The notes under the pieces are model-generated. The model did not search any database. It had not been told where the DNA came from and saw nothing but the letters and a program-made list of their open reading frames with translations. Source: a virus (taxonomy: Duplodnaviria; Heunggongvirae; Uroviricota; Caudoviricetes). Taken from it: a DNA stretch of 64,000 nucleotides. The stretch lies in IMG/VR virus record IMGVR_UViG_3300045988_141797; one strand, given 5' to 3'. This document shows, piece by piece, positions 11,274 through 21,153 of the stretch. The translations under genes and the position numbers were made by a program. How positions within the stretch are numbered: the first letter of the stretch is position 1; each line of letters opens with the position of its first letter.

Positions 11274-12029
11274 ATGAACAGAGCGGAATTAACGGCAAAA
11301 GCCGTCAGTCTGATTGAATCAGCGACACCAATTAGCCGTAGCTTGGCGCAGGCCAATGAGATCACAGAGGCGGCTTATCACCTGACACGCGACCAAAAGC
11401 GACTGTTGTTTATTGTGGTGGGAAGACTTCGCTATGCTTCTAAGGATGGCGTTCTTGGTTCAGGTGCCTGTGAGTTGACGGTCAACGAATATGCAGAGAT
11501 GTATAATTTGCCCTCTGCTGAAGCCAGCAAGGATATTCGTAAAGCTATCTCCGGACTTAGTGAGAAGAAAGTCACGATATATAACCCTGATGAATCAACC
11601 GAATCAGAAGACAGTTATGAGTCTTATCCCTGGATGATTAAGGAGGCTTACTCACCACGCCGGGGGACTTACATTATTCATCTGAATCCATATCTCATGC
11701 CGTTTTTTACTCTGCTTGATAAGAGGTTCACGAGGCTGAATTTTACTGAAGTGTCTCGCCTGACAAACCCTTATTCTATGCGGCTTTATGAGTCCTTATG
11801 CCAGTATAGAAAGGATGATGGGAGCGGCTTCGCTATACTTGGCGTTGAATGGATGCGGGAGCGTTATGGTCTTCCCAAAAGCTATCAACGGTACGCCGAA
11901 TTTAAGAGAAGCTTTCTGGCAAAAGCTGTAGCTGAAATCGAAAAAAACACAAAAATGAAAATAGTTTTCTCAGAGGTTACAGAAGGTGGCAGAGTTACAA
12001 AAATAAAATTCACCTATCAGCAGTCTTAA
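11274..12029 (+). CDS. repA: iteron-binding replication initiator
   Basis: Rep_3/RepE-like composition, flanked on both sides by its iterons; ORF-track start at 11241 would lie inside the iterons, so internal ATG 11274 preferred. Confidence 0.75.
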   Translation: MNRAELTAKAVSLIESATPISRSLAQANEITEAAYHLTRDQKRLLFIVVGRLRYASKDGVLGSGACELTVNEYAEMYNLPSAEASKDIRKAISGLSEKKVTIYNPDESTESEDSYESYPWMIKEAYSPRRGTYIIHLNPYLMPFFTLLDKRFTRLNFTEVSRLTNPYSMRLYESLCQYRKDDGSGFAILGVEWMRERYGLPKSYQRYAEFKRSFLAKAVAEIEKNTKMKIVFSEVTEGGRVTKIKFTYQQS

Positions 12030-12319
12030 GGGCAATTTCTACACCTCTCTGTAGGTGTAGGATTTGCCCTTAAAGATGGGAGATTGAGGGCAATTCTTAC
12101 ATCATTAGTTAGTTGGTTGGATCTTTAACGGCTAACATTATTTGTAATTTATTGATTAATAAGGAATGTGTAAAAATCACCCTCAGATGGCATCGTATGC
12201 TATAGCTATTTTTATCGCACTACTGTTGAATGTTTTATGGTTGTAACGCGTTGATTTTGTTGTGATGTGTAAAAAATGCCATCATTGACGTAAACAGCAG
12301 GTGTAGATATTGCCCTCAA
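12028..12319. repeat. second iteron set in both orientations (copy-control locus)
   Basis: iteron-like units at about 12028 (inverted), 12053, 12086 (inverted), 12166, 12262 (degenerate), 12299. Confidence 0.7.
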
Positions 12320-12360
12320 GTTTGCCCCTTCCCCACCTTCTCGCACTTTAATACTGCATT

Positions 12361-13098
12361 TCAAAACTTGATCACGTTGCTGGCGGCGCTTTTAAGTGCG
12401 CTTGTTGCTAAACCAGCAGCTCCATTGACTAATGCGGACAGGCCGGAACCGGCAGATGTGTATCGCTGGAACGTGATCGGATAGGACAAGAATTCGGACA
12501 CCTGATCACGTGAGCGGCTGATCTCTCCTATCTGAGTCGGAAATACACGCATTTCCTCTTCCAGCTCTTTCCCGCCTTCCTGTGTAACGCGGTATAGCCT
12601 GATATTCATGAGATAATCTGGCGGCAGGTTTAGCGTACCATCGCTATTGGTTACACGAGCGCGGCGCTCTTTGAACCAATTCATTATTTTGCCGTCTTCT
12701 GTGTCTCTGACCGTCATTGTTACCGGCCCGGCGGTTACGTGCGTTGGCTTATTGAACTCGACGCTACCAATGATTTTGCTTTCTGTTTCAATATTCCCGC
12801 TACTGTAAGTGATGTCCTTAACGAACATATCAAAGCCGCTTAATCCGTCTACGTCTACCGTCCACTGCCAGCCCTGGGCATAGCGGATACGCATAGCCGT
12901 AGCAACTACGTTCTTTCCGTAAGCGATGTCATTGCCGTAGCTCCCACTAACGCCACTGCCAGACACCGCTCTATCCAGAATGTCGCTGATAAGGTTGCTG
13001 GTGAACGATTTCGCGCTAAACGATACCGCACTGGCTAGCGTTTGCGTTGTAGCACTAAAAATACTCACGTAGCCCTCCGTGTTAAAAAATGGTAGCAC
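12361..13098 (-). CDS. virion structural protein, hypothetical
   Basis: 245-aa ORF in structural gene string. Confidence 0.3.
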   Translation of the reverse strand: MLPFFNTEGYVSIFSATTQTLASAVSFSAKSFTSNLISDILDRAVSGSGVSGSYGNDIAYGKNVVATAMRIRYAQGWQWTVDVDGLSGFDMFVKDITYSSGNIETESKIIGSVEFNKPTHVTAGPVTMTVRDTEDGKIMNWFKERRARVTNSDGTLNLPPDYLMNIRLYRVTQEGGKELEEEMRVFPTQIGEISRSRDQVSEFLSYPITFQRYTSAGSGLSALVNGAAGLATSALKSAASNVIKF

Positions 13099-13633
13099 CA
13101 GGGATAATGGCCCGGTTGGCTGCCATTTTTTCTTCTATCTCCTGAACACGCGCGTAGAGCGTCGCCTCATCAGGAAGATCGGAGTAATCAAACTTGCCAT
13201 CAATTGACGCCCTTCGCTGGCGGGCAACGTTGCGGACATTGATAAGTGCTTCAAGATATTCCTCAAGCATTCCGATAATCGCAGGTGGCACTTGCCACTC
13301 ATCCAGGTTGCGATCGCGGAGATTTACAAGGTATTGCATCTTGAAAGGCCAGCGTTCAGAACCGGTAAGCTCAAGTTCGACAAAACCGGCAATCTCGTCG
13401 GCGTAAACCAGAAGCCCGTTGTGGTCAGTGACGTGGACCAGAGACAGATAATCATCCGGAACAGGGATCGCCGTGCCGTCTGATTTCTCCAGCTTTAACG
13501 CCTTAACTACGCCTGCCCTGTCCTGGTAAGTAGTCAACGCTTTGAGCAGGAATGCTTTCAGTGTTTCCTCTTCCCGTACAAGAAGAGGATTGAATCGCGC
13601 TTTAACGCTTTCTAATAGTTCAGAAGGTGTCAT
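13082..13633 (-). CDS. virion-associated protein, hypothetical
   Basis: 183-aa ORF, overlap-coupled. Confidence 0.3.
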   Translation of the reverse strand: MTPSELLESVKARFNPLLVREEETLKAFLLKALTTYQDRAGVVKALKLEKSDGTAIPVPDDYLSLVHVTDHNGLLVYADEIAGFVELELTGSERWPFKMQYLVNLRDRNLDEWQVPPAIIGMLEEYLEALINVRNVARQRRASIDGKFDYSDLPDEATLYARVQEIEEKMAANRAIIPGATIF

Positions 13634-13684
13634 AAATACTCCGGACGGAGGGGGATAATCCCGCTCTTTTGAGCGGGATCGGTA

Positions 13685-14176
13685 TTACTCAACCCAGTTG
13701 TACACAATACGCAGGGTCGGTCTGACAACCGCCGTTACATCTTCTGATGAGAAATCAACGGCATCGGAATACACTTTGCAGTGTGAGTAAGTACGTGACA
13801 GACCTTTGCTGTCACCGCTGTTAGATTCAGCGGCAGCCTGGAAAGAGATATCCAGATATTTCTTCTGATAAACCATCTCTTTGACGGCAGCGAGTACAAC
13901 ACCTTCAATCGTCTCCGCACAGGTAACCTGAAATTCACCTGAGTTACGCAGCGGGCCGTGTTGGTTGAACTTCATACCGCCTGGAGCGTAATCTTCTACG
14001 TCTTCACGCGTCATTTCCGGTAACTGCGCGGTGCGGATCAGCACTGACAGATTTTCGTATCCCTTAATGGTCATCCAATATTCAGTGCCAATTAATTTTT
14101 CGCCTGCTGCCAGGTTCTTGTTGAATCTGGCTTTCAGGAAGGCGAGATCGGCTTTTGTGTTTGAAAAACCGGCCAT
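13685..14176 (-). CDS. putative tail tube protein (gp19-like)
   Basis: 163 aa, C-terminus ...IVYNWVE resembling the T4 gp19 tube family ending; downstream of the sheath-like gene. Confidence 0.45.
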   Translation of the reverse strand: MAGFSNTKADLAFLKARFNKNLAAGEKLIGTEYWMTIKGYENLSVLIRTAQLPEMTREDVEDYAPGGMKFNQHGPLRNSGEFQVTCAETIEGVVLAAVKEMVYQKKYLDISFQAAAESNSGDSKGLSRTYSHCKVYSDAVDFSSEDVTAVVRPTLRIVYNWVE

Positions 14177-14184
14177 AATTACTC

Positions 14185-14802
14185 CTAAACAAAAACAGAT
14201 GAGATATTGCTGCGGTTAATAGATGTGTTGCCACTGCATTGCAGAGTGACCGTGTTGTGGGTGAAATAGCCTTCCGATGTGCGCGGGGCGTCAAGCTGAT
14301 AGCTGACGCTTTTGATCACAACGTTCGTTAACATCACGTTCCTGCCGATATTTATCGTTACGGCCTCCGGGACTCGACCAAAAGGCGTAATGTCGTTTAG
14401 TTCTGGCGATGCCATTTTCAGCAACGTCGTGATGGCGTCATTCACCTCAATTTTTGCGCTGGATGTAGCTAAAAAATCCAGGACAAGGGTAAATTCCGGC
14501 GGTTGTTGCCCTTCCCACACGAGGGTGGAGTTGAACCGGCTTTTACTCGTGTACCCTGATGATGTCTGCACGATGCCTGCAAGAGATGATGCAGCCTCGC
14601 TAATAGCGCCTAACATGCTGCCCATCGCTTTATCTTCAAATGGCGACTGCCACAGAGACGATAGTTCGGCAGAGGAACCTTCGCCGATATATCCGACTAC
14701 CATATCCTCACTTGACTTGATGTAGGCTTTCATTAGCGGGCTTATGCCGTCTGCCATGATCGCGCCGCAAATCACTGCTATTTCTCCCAAACAGGCCACC
14801 AT
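14185..14802 (-). CDS. tail protein, hypothetical
   Basis: 205-aa ORF between sheath-like and tube-like genes. Confidence 0.3.
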   Translation of the reverse strand: MVACLGEIAVICGAIMADGISPLMKAYIKSSEDMVVGYIGEGSSAELSSLWQSPFEDKAMGSMLGAISEAASSLAGIVQTSSGYTSKSRFNSTLVWEGQQPPEFTLVLDFLATSSAKIEVNDAITTLLKMASPELNDITPFGRVPEAVTINIGRNVMLTNVVIKSVSYQLDAPRTSEGYFTHNTVTLQCSGNTSINRSNISSVFV

Positions 14803-14820
14803 TACAGGTGGCTTACATCA

Positions 14821-15567
14821 TTACAGACCGCGTTTTTTGCGGATGCGGATAGACTTACGGCGGCGAGTGTTAGCTATCGACGTATGTGCCTTACGGCGAG
14901 CTTTTTTCAGCGCCTGCTTTTGTAAGGACGTCATGCGACGCGGGCGCGGGCGTTTGCGGATGATAGTAACCTTGCCATCACGAACGACTTTTTTGCTGAC
15001 AGCTTCGAGCATTGCTGCATTGCCACCAGCAACGGTGTAAATCGCAATGGCTTCTTCCATCATTTCACTATCGCTTTCTGACAGTGCGTCAAATACGCGT
15101 TCTGCTGCCGCGTCATCTTCGTCATCGATCATCTCGGTGACGTCGTCCTGATCAGCGCCCAGGGCCACAGCCGCGTTAGCCAACGCCGCGAGTGCGTCGT
15201 TATATGCGTCAACCTGTTCGTCGGTCAGTTCCGTGTCTTCGTCAATGTCGGCCAGGCCAGCCATTGTGATTGCCAGCGCATCAAATGAATCCGCTTCAGG
15301 GTCGCCATCTTCTACCCAGCTCGCCAGCATTGAAGCTGCCAGACTGCGGATGTCACTTTGTGCACGGGATTCCACCGCTTCCATCATTGCGGCTTCGATA
15401 TCCGCGCCATCTGTTCCATTCTTGGCACTTTCCAGGATGGCGTTATCGCCACTTTCAAAACAACCAGAATCTTTGGCGCTTTCCAGTATGGCTGTATCTG
15501 CGTTATCGGCTGTTTTGCCTGCAAATAGCGCGCGCATGAATGGATCAACAACAGAATAGTTTTTCAT
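14821..15567 (-). CDS. strongly acidic protein with highly basic C-terminal tail
   Basis: D/E-rich body, C-terminus RKRPRPRRMTSLQKQALKKARRK... Confidence 0.35.
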   Translation of the reverse strand: MKNYSVVDPFMRALFAGKTADNADTAILESAKDSGCFESGDNAILESAKNGTDGADIEAAMMEAVESRAQSDIRSLAASMLASWVEDGDPEADSFDALAITMAGLADIDEDTELTDEQVDAYNDALAALANAAVALGADQDDVTEMIDDEDDAAAERVFDALSESDSEMMEEAIAIYTVAGGNAAMLEAVSKKVVRDGKVTIIRKRPRPRRMTSLQKQALKKARRKAHTSIANTRRRKSIRIRKKRGL

Positions 15568-15610
15568 TAGGAAACCTCATTCATCCCCGCGTTTCAGCGG
15601 GGAAGATAAA

Positions 15611-17266
15611 TCAACGCATCAGGATTGGTTTGCCGAGGATTCGACGGGCAGTGCCTGTTGGGCACACGGACCATTCCACTTCCCACAAGTCGATGTCTTT
15701 TTGAGTTACCTTGACCACATAAGGGTCAGAACCTTGAGATTCATCGCGTGGTGTAACCAGCGCACCAGCCGCATAAAAACGGTCCAGAAGATCTGTCAGT
15801 GCGTTAGTCAGACTTTCCTGCGTAACGCCATCAGGTTCATGCTTGATTGCCTGAGCAACTTCATAGAAATTGCGGGCAATTGCATTCATCAGTGATGAAA
15901 CGTGCTGGAATCGCAGATAGTTATTTTTGCTGTATGTCGTCAGGGAGTCGTCGATGTAGACAGAACCATCCGCTGCAACGCTTACAGGGTTAATACGAGC
16001 GGTCACATACGCTTCACGATCGATTGTGCCAATTCCGGAGAGTCTGGTGATGTTCTGGCGATCAATGATTGCGCGAGACAGACCAGCCGGGGCGTAATGC
16101 CAGCCGCCTACATCAGACACAAGCGCAACGCCTTTCGCTTTTGCCACGAACGCATCACAACTGATTCCGTAAACCACATTCATACCGCTGAAAGTGTCAC
16201 GGCATGAGTACGGGAAGTGATAACGTGCAGCCTGGTGGGATTTGCCGAAACCATGTGATTTAGCTTCCGCGATAGCGTTATCACCAGTCTGAGCACATTT
16301 CAGGTCGTAGAACATATCCACGCGAACGTCTTCTGCCAGCGAATTAATTTTTGCCAGCACGGATGCGTCGTAGCAGCCCATAGAAAGCAGTGCGGTATAA
16401 TTAACTTCTGACGCTTCGAGAACCTCTAACGCTTTCAGATAATCATCAGCGTCAATTGAGGACAGATCGCCATCTGTACCGCCTTCAAACGCTACATCTT
16501 CGAAAGTCAGCAAGTGAGCGGAGTCTTCGGCACCATCAGCCAGTACAGCTCCAAGCCTGGAGGACTGACTTTCTAACAACGCAGGAATCCATGCTGGCTG
16601 GCCCATATCGTTCGTTGCATCCGGATCGAAAGAAACCTGGTAGCTTTCCAAAGTTTCTACAGAACCATCGGTCTGTGTCTCTTTCAGTTCCAGAGTGAAC
16701 AGGTCATTTTCTTCGTCCTCACGGGTCAGTGATAACGTGCGGTTTGTCGAAGCATCACCGTCCTTTATGTAGAAAATAGCCAGTTCACTGCCGGAAATTT
16801 CAGGTGTTTCGCTTGCAGCGAAAGTTACCGGAGAAGTGGCTCCAGAAACGGCACGAACGGTCAGTGTATCGCCGATATTTACCGTTGCTTCGGTCGGAGC
16901 AATTTGCAGAGTTTTTGCTGACTTGGTGCTTTTCGACCTGGCCTGAACAGAAACGGCAATGCCCGGTACTTTCATGTCTTTTGCGCATACGCGAACCACA
17001 TAACCGGTGCCGCCTTTTACTGCGCGTTCAACGTGGCGATATGGTTCAAATGCGGCCCCGGTGCGCGGGTGAAGAGGTGAACCTAACACGCTCTGATAGT
17101 TGGCTGCTGTAACCTGCAAAACCTTGCCTGGTGCTCCTCTGCGGGAAATCACCAGCCCGGCAAAGACGGAAGCACCGCCAGATGTGTTGGACAGAATAGC
17201 ATCGGCATTTACGTCCGCTACCGCAACGCCCGCCGCCTGACCAACAGAAAAACCAATTTTATTCAT
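15611..17266 (-). CDS. putative contractile tail sheath protein
   Basis: 551 aa; N-terminal pattern and a GWH block resembling P2 FI-type sheath proteins; strong RBS. Confidence 0.45.
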   Translation of the reverse strand: MNKIGFSVGQAAGVAVADVNADAILSNTSGGASVFAGLVISRRGAPGKVLQVTAANYQSVLGSPLHPRTGAAFEPYRHVERAVKGGTGYVVRVCAKDMKVPGIAVSVQARSKSTKSAKTLQIAPTEATVNIGDTLTVRAVSGATSPVTFAASETPEISGSELAIFYIKDGDASTNRTLSLTREDEENDLFTLELKETQTDGSVETLESYQVSFDPDATNDMGQPAWIPALLESQSSRLGAVLADGAEDSAHLLTFEDVAFEGGTDGDLSSIDADDYLKALEVLEASEVNYTALLSMGCYDASVLAKINSLAEDVRVDMFYDLKCAQTGDNAIAEAKSHGFGKSHQAARYHFPYSCRDTFSGMNVVYGISCDAFVAKAKGVALVSDVGGWHYAPAGLSRAIIDRQNITRLSGIGTIDREAYVTARINPVSVAADGSVYIDDSLTTYSKNNYLRFQHVSSLMNAIARNFYEVAQAIKHEPDGVTQESLTNALTDLLDRFYAAGALVTPRDESQGSDPYVVKVTQKDIDLWEVEWSVCPTGTARRILGKPILMR

Positions 17267-17331
17267 GCTGCTCTTTTCCTCTTTATCGAGCGGATGAGAG
17301 AAGCCTCCCCATTTGCATGGGGAGGCTTTTA

Positions 17332-17622
17332 TCAGGCTTCGCCGACCGTGAAGCTGTCACCTACCGTCACTTCTTTGGTTGACGGATCAACGCTGACAGA
17401 GTTGACACTTACTGCGGCTTCATTAACCGTTACAGTGCATGTTGCTGTTTTATTTCCATCTGTAGTTTTGATGGTTAGTACCGCAGTACCAGCAGATACT
17501 GCGGTGCATGTGGTTCCATCAACACTCACAATTTCCGGATGATCGGATTCGACAGTGAAAGTTTTATCTGTCGCATTTGGTGGGGTAATAGTTACCTGAA
17601 TATCAGCCATTTTTTCCTCCAT
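17332..17622 (-). CDS. Ig-like (Big_2-type) domain protein
   Basis: 96 aa rich in T/V/S beta-strand pattern (TCTAVSAGTAVLTIKTTDG). Confidence 0.45.
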   Translation of the reverse strand: MEEKMADIQVTITPPNATDKTFTVESDHPEIVSVDGTTCTAVSAGTAVLTIKTTDGNKTATCTVTVNEAAVSVNSVSVDPSTKEVTVGDSFTVGEA

Positions 17623-17751
17623 ATAGCCCCCTATTCAGGGGCTTGTCTTACTTCTTTTTGGGTGTTTTTCGTGTCTTTGAAGTGCTTGCGGCGATAGTTT
17701 CACCTTCGTTTACTTCAATTGCCGTTGGTGAAACTGACACGTTCGCCACTG

Positions 17752-19449
17752 CTACTTTTTTTCGTTGATTTGCCCGCTCAACATGTCAATCGCACCTTCT
17801 TTCGAACGTGTCAGGCGAAGGCGAGTGAAATAGTTCTCACCGTTGCGCGGATGCACATCGTTGATTGCTGTACCCCAAAGAGTGGTGCGGTTTACCAGGG
17901 CTGGATTTGTTTCGTGGACATACGGAATAGCAGGCACAGCATCACCAGCGACCAGGCCAGCTTTACCAATGCCTTCGCCACGACCATAGAAGTAGATGTC
18001 GTCCAGGCCAAAGTCGTAGCCATGTTCCTGGAATTGTTTGCAGATAGGCTTCGGCACTTCGTAGATACGAATGGAACCAAACAGGGTGCCGATGTATTGA
18101 ATGTACGGCGACTGTACATAGCCCGGTGCCAACTGGAAGTGCTGCGGCGGTAAGGAACGCAGGAAGTTAGCAGCATCGCCACCAGCAAAGCCACCACGGA
18201 TACCGGTAGTCAGGGTGCGGTCAGCCATGTCCTGTGACAGCGCGTTCACTACATGGCGAATTAAACCAACCCACGATTCGTAGTTCTGCGCTTCTGGCAG
18301 TGCCACATCAAATTCACGACCGTAAACTGTGTGGAATACCAGAGTGCGCAGGCGCATCATATCGATTTCGTGGGAAATCCAGTTGCGCATTGCGGAGAAT
18401 TGCAATGCTGCCAGTTCGAGTCCGTGTTCACGGCTCAGGTCAGATGCTGTCATAACCGTATGTTCGGATGCGATCACGTACTGCGACGGGCGCAGGGCGT
18501 AATTGCGCATGGACTGGTTAATGACTGGTATCAGGCTCGGATTGCGTTCAATGTTGATTTCAACCTGAACAGCGATTTCTGTGCCTTCTGCTGGTGCTTC
18601 ATTAAAGGTGATATCGATAACGCCGGTATCGTATTTAACTTTTGCTGTAGCAGAGAAAGAGTTGCCGTTGACGTCTTTGTCGTTGAAATACAGGTTGCCG
18701 TCACCATCATCTACTTTGGACGGTTTGCGGTTAATCAGCAGTTTGTTGTAGCCCTGGCGCAGCGGGCAGGCCTGGCCTTCGAAGTTCTGGATATCAAACT
18801 GGAAGGTGGTTTTGCTGCCATCGCCTTTTTCGGTCAGGATGTACAGGCGTTTCATCTGCGAATACACGCCAGCAGACTGCATGTTCAGTTCATCGCCCTG
18901 CTCGAATGTACCGAATTTTGTACCAGCAACGTTGGTCAGCTCGTAAATATTGGTTTCATCACGATCACAAGGGATAAACGTACATGCGTCGCTGGTGGCT
19001 GCGCCGAGAGAAGCAGGCAGGATCAGTGCGGCATATTGTGCAACCTTCATTACACCATCGGAGGTGCGCATGTCCTTGGCTACTGATTCAAACATGGCTT
19101 TGCCAGCGCCTTCATGCGTCTCTTTAGCGGACTCCATCATCAGGCGCTCAAGTGCTACATGGGCGTTGGCTAATACATCGCTTGCCGGATAATGCCCATG
19201 CTGGCGTTTGTATTCATGAATAGACATGGCCCAGCTACCAATGATCTGGCGAGCTGCTTCTGGTCCAACGCCTTCAAACATTGGCTCTTTCTGGATAGCT
19301 TTTTCCAGGTTAGCCATCATCACTTCGTTGTCGGTAATCATGTTACCGGCAGCATCAGTGGTTGGATCGACGGTCATAGCCATGACGCTTGCCGCCCGAT
19401 TCATAATCTCGCGCTCGCGCTTACGAGCTGGCTCAATGTTCTTGTTCAC
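17752..19449 (-). CDS. virion structural protein, possibly major head protein precursor
   Basis: 565 aa, first gene of structural operon; assignment by size and position only. Confidence 0.3.
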   Translation of the reverse strand: MNKNIEPARKREREIMNRAASVMAMTVDPTTDAAGNMITDNEVMMANLEKAIQKEPMFEGVGPEAARQIIGSWAMSIHEYKRQHGHYPASDVLANAHVALERLMMESAKETHEGAGKAMFESVAKDMRTSDGVMKVAQYAALILPASLGAATSDACTFIPCDRDETNIYELTNVAGTKFGTFEQGDELNMQSAGVYSQMKRLYILTEKGDGSKTTFQFDIQNFEGQACPLRQGYNKLLINRKPSKVDDGDGNLYFNDKDVNGNSFSATAKVKYDTGVIDITFNEAPAEGTEIAVQVEINIERNPSLIPVINQSMRNYALRPSQYVIASEHTVMTASDLSREHGLELAALQFSAMRNWISHEIDMMRLRTLVFHTVYGREFDVALPEAQNYESWVGLIRHVVNALSQDMADRTLTTGIRGGFAGGDAANFLRSLPPQHFQLAPGYVQSPYIQYIGTLFGSIRIYEVPKPICKQFQEHGYDFGLDDIYFYGRGEGIGKAGLVAGDAVPAIPYVHETNPALVNRTTLWGTAINDVHPRNGENYFTRLRLTRSKEGAIDMLSGQINEKK

Positions 19450-19530
19450 GGTTAAACCCTAAATTCGGGCGCGGCGTGAAGATTCTTTTGACGAGGTGAC
19501 AATACTCACTTTGTTATTTAGTCAATAGCA

Positions 19531-19605
19531 TTAGAAAAATAATTTTCGTTAACAATCTTGTGTTAGTATGGTTTAATCTTAATTTTCTAACATAAAACAT
19601 TAGAA
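19531..19605. promoter_or_regulatory. operator cluster (TTAGAAAA / TTTTCTAACA half-sites)
   Basis: several copies of the window-wide operator half-site directly upstream of the 19609 ORF. Confidence 0.5.
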
Positions 19606-19608
19606 CAA

Positions 19609-20001
19609 ATGGCGTACAAGATCTTCGTTTCATACAAAAATGGTGCTAAAAGCCATTCTCTGAATACAAGCAGCAGATGCCTTGTAGAAGCTCAACTGTC
19701 ATCAATCCTTACTGAAAGAGACATTCTTTCCCTGGCTGAACGAATCGTGATTCTCCATTCAGGAAAGGCTATTCTTAATGTTCCCGCGCTTACCCCGCCT
19801 TCTGACGTTTTGGTATCTGTTAAGTGGCCTCAAATTGGCACGCCTGTAAGAGTGGAAGATCCTGTAACGACCACTCTTTATATGCCGAAGTCAGTAAGGG
19901 ATTGGCTTGCTGCGGTTGGTAATGGGAAGGTCAGCGCGGGGCTTCGGAAGCTGGTTGAAATGGCTGATATTCCGGAGCTGAAAAATGCATGGAGACAGTG
20001 A
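19609..20001 (+). CDS. hypothetical protein, operator-controlled
   Basis: 130-aa ORF immediately downstream of operator cluster. Confidence 0.4.
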   Translation: MAYKIFVSYKNGAKSHSLNTSSRCLVEAQLSSILTERDILSLAERIVILHSGKAILNVPALTPPSDVLVSVKWPQIGTPVRVEDPVTTTLYMPKSVRDWLAAVGNGKVSAGLRKLVEMADIPELKNAWRQ

Positions 20002-20012
20002 GTAGAGGAAAC

Positions 20013-20471
20013 ATGAGTCACGCGAACCCATCGAAAACACAATATCGTTTAATGCTGGCTATCGCGTCAGCTATACCAACCAGACTGAATCCACCCGCTG
20101 GCTATCCCGCTATTGTTGATGATTGTTTTCAGTATTACGGTGAAGACATCCTGAGTCAGTCTAAGGCACTCAAACAGTTATGCAAGGCAGGCATTCTTCA
20201 CTGCATAGGCGATCCGGATGATTTTGTAGTCATGCTGGCAGATCGTGACTCTTTTCTGCTGTCCTGGAAAGCCGGGGCGCGCGAAGCGCGTTTGGGTAAT
20301 GGTATTGGCTACATCGACTATAGCGATTGTCCGCTGGCATTTGCTGGTGGATATATGCATTGGCATGAGCGAAATAGAGGCCGTCAGCGCCAGTATCGCT
20401 TGAGTGACTTTAACGTCTGTCACGGTTTCGAAGAAGCTGACAGCCAGGACATCTGGCTTCAGGAGCCTTGA
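20013..20471 (+). CDS. hypothetical protein
   Basis: ORF 19989-20471; ATG at 20013 has GAGGAA RBS. Confidence 0.4.
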   Translation: MSHANPSKTQYRLMLAIASAIPTRLNPPAGYPAIVDDCFQYYGEDILSQSKALKQLCKAGILHCIGDPDDFVVMLADRDSFLLSWKAGAREARLGNGIGYIDYSDCPLAFAGGYMHWHERNRGRQRQYRLSDFNVCHGFEEADSQDIWLQEP

Positions 20472-20758
20472 TCCCCCTTCCCTTCCCAAATCTCCCTGTT
20501 TCTTTGGTTATTCAGTGCGTTTCTTTGGTTGCATTCATCGATAGTGCTGAATAACTGTTCAGTGTATGCCGGATACTTGTTTAACAGCACAGGCGTGTCC
20601 TCTGGCACTATGCAAGGGGTATAATCAATCAGATTTGCCTGTGGTTTGCTGGTGGCTTCTACGGTAATTTTCACTGGCACGCTGATTGATTTCTTTTGCC
20701 CGTTCCCGCTGCATCCTGATAACGTCATCAGGCACACGCACATCATTAACCCCAGCAT
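20459..20758 (-). CDS. o-spanin (Rz1-like outer-membrane lipoprotein)
   Basis: signal peptide with lipobox LSGC; overlaps the 3' end of the Rz-like gene in another frame; start uncertain (20758 or 20791). Confidence 0.55.
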   Translation of the reverse strand: MLGLMMCVCLMTLSGCSGNGQKKSISVPVKITVEATSKPQANLIDYTPCIVPEDTPVLLNKYPAYTEQLFSTIDECNQRNALNNQRNREIWEGKGDQGS

Positions 20759-21083
20759 TGCGTAAAGCAGTTTCAAGACGAGTAATTTCATTCTGGCTTT
20801 CCTCCCGTTGTTTGATCAGGCTGGTATTCAGTTCTGCTGTTTTGCGCTGGTACTCCTTCTCCAGTGTTTTAATTCTTTCGTTTTCAGCCATCATGGCAGA
20901 TCGCGATTTTTCACTTAACTGCAATGCGGTAGAAAGCGTGTTGTTCTCGCTTTCAAGTTGTGATTTTGAGTCTTCCAGGGAACGGATATACCTGATGTGA
21001 TCGATAACTGCCGCCGTAGTACGGTAAATTCCATAAATGGCTAAAAGCGCAACTACTATCAAAATTATCTTTTTCAAAACCAT
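20625..21083 (-). CDS. i-spanin (Rz-like)
   Basis: N-terminal TM helix (ILIVVALLAIYGIY) followed by coiled coil; ATG 21083 with GAAGAGG RBS; long ORF-track N-terminal extension rejected. Confidence 0.6.
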   Translation of the reverse strand: MVLKKIILIVVALLAIYGIYRTTAAVIDHIRYIRSLEDSKSQLESENNTLSTALQLSEKSRSAMMAENERIKTLEKEYQRKTAELNTSLIKQREESQNEITRLETALRNAGVNDVRVPDDVIRMQRERAKEINQRASENYRRSHQQTTGKSD

Positions 21084-21153
21084 CCTCTTCAGATTTTTTG
21101 TTGGTGTGATATGTGTACCAATTTGTAACCATTTATGGGCTAAAATGGTGTAG

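Noticed and set aside
11131-12319. Possible CRISPR array (short direct repeats with spacers)
   Set aside because: Repeats are about 20 bp, degenerate, occur in both orientations and flank a rep gene; spacers are not unique, comparable-length units. They are replication iterons.
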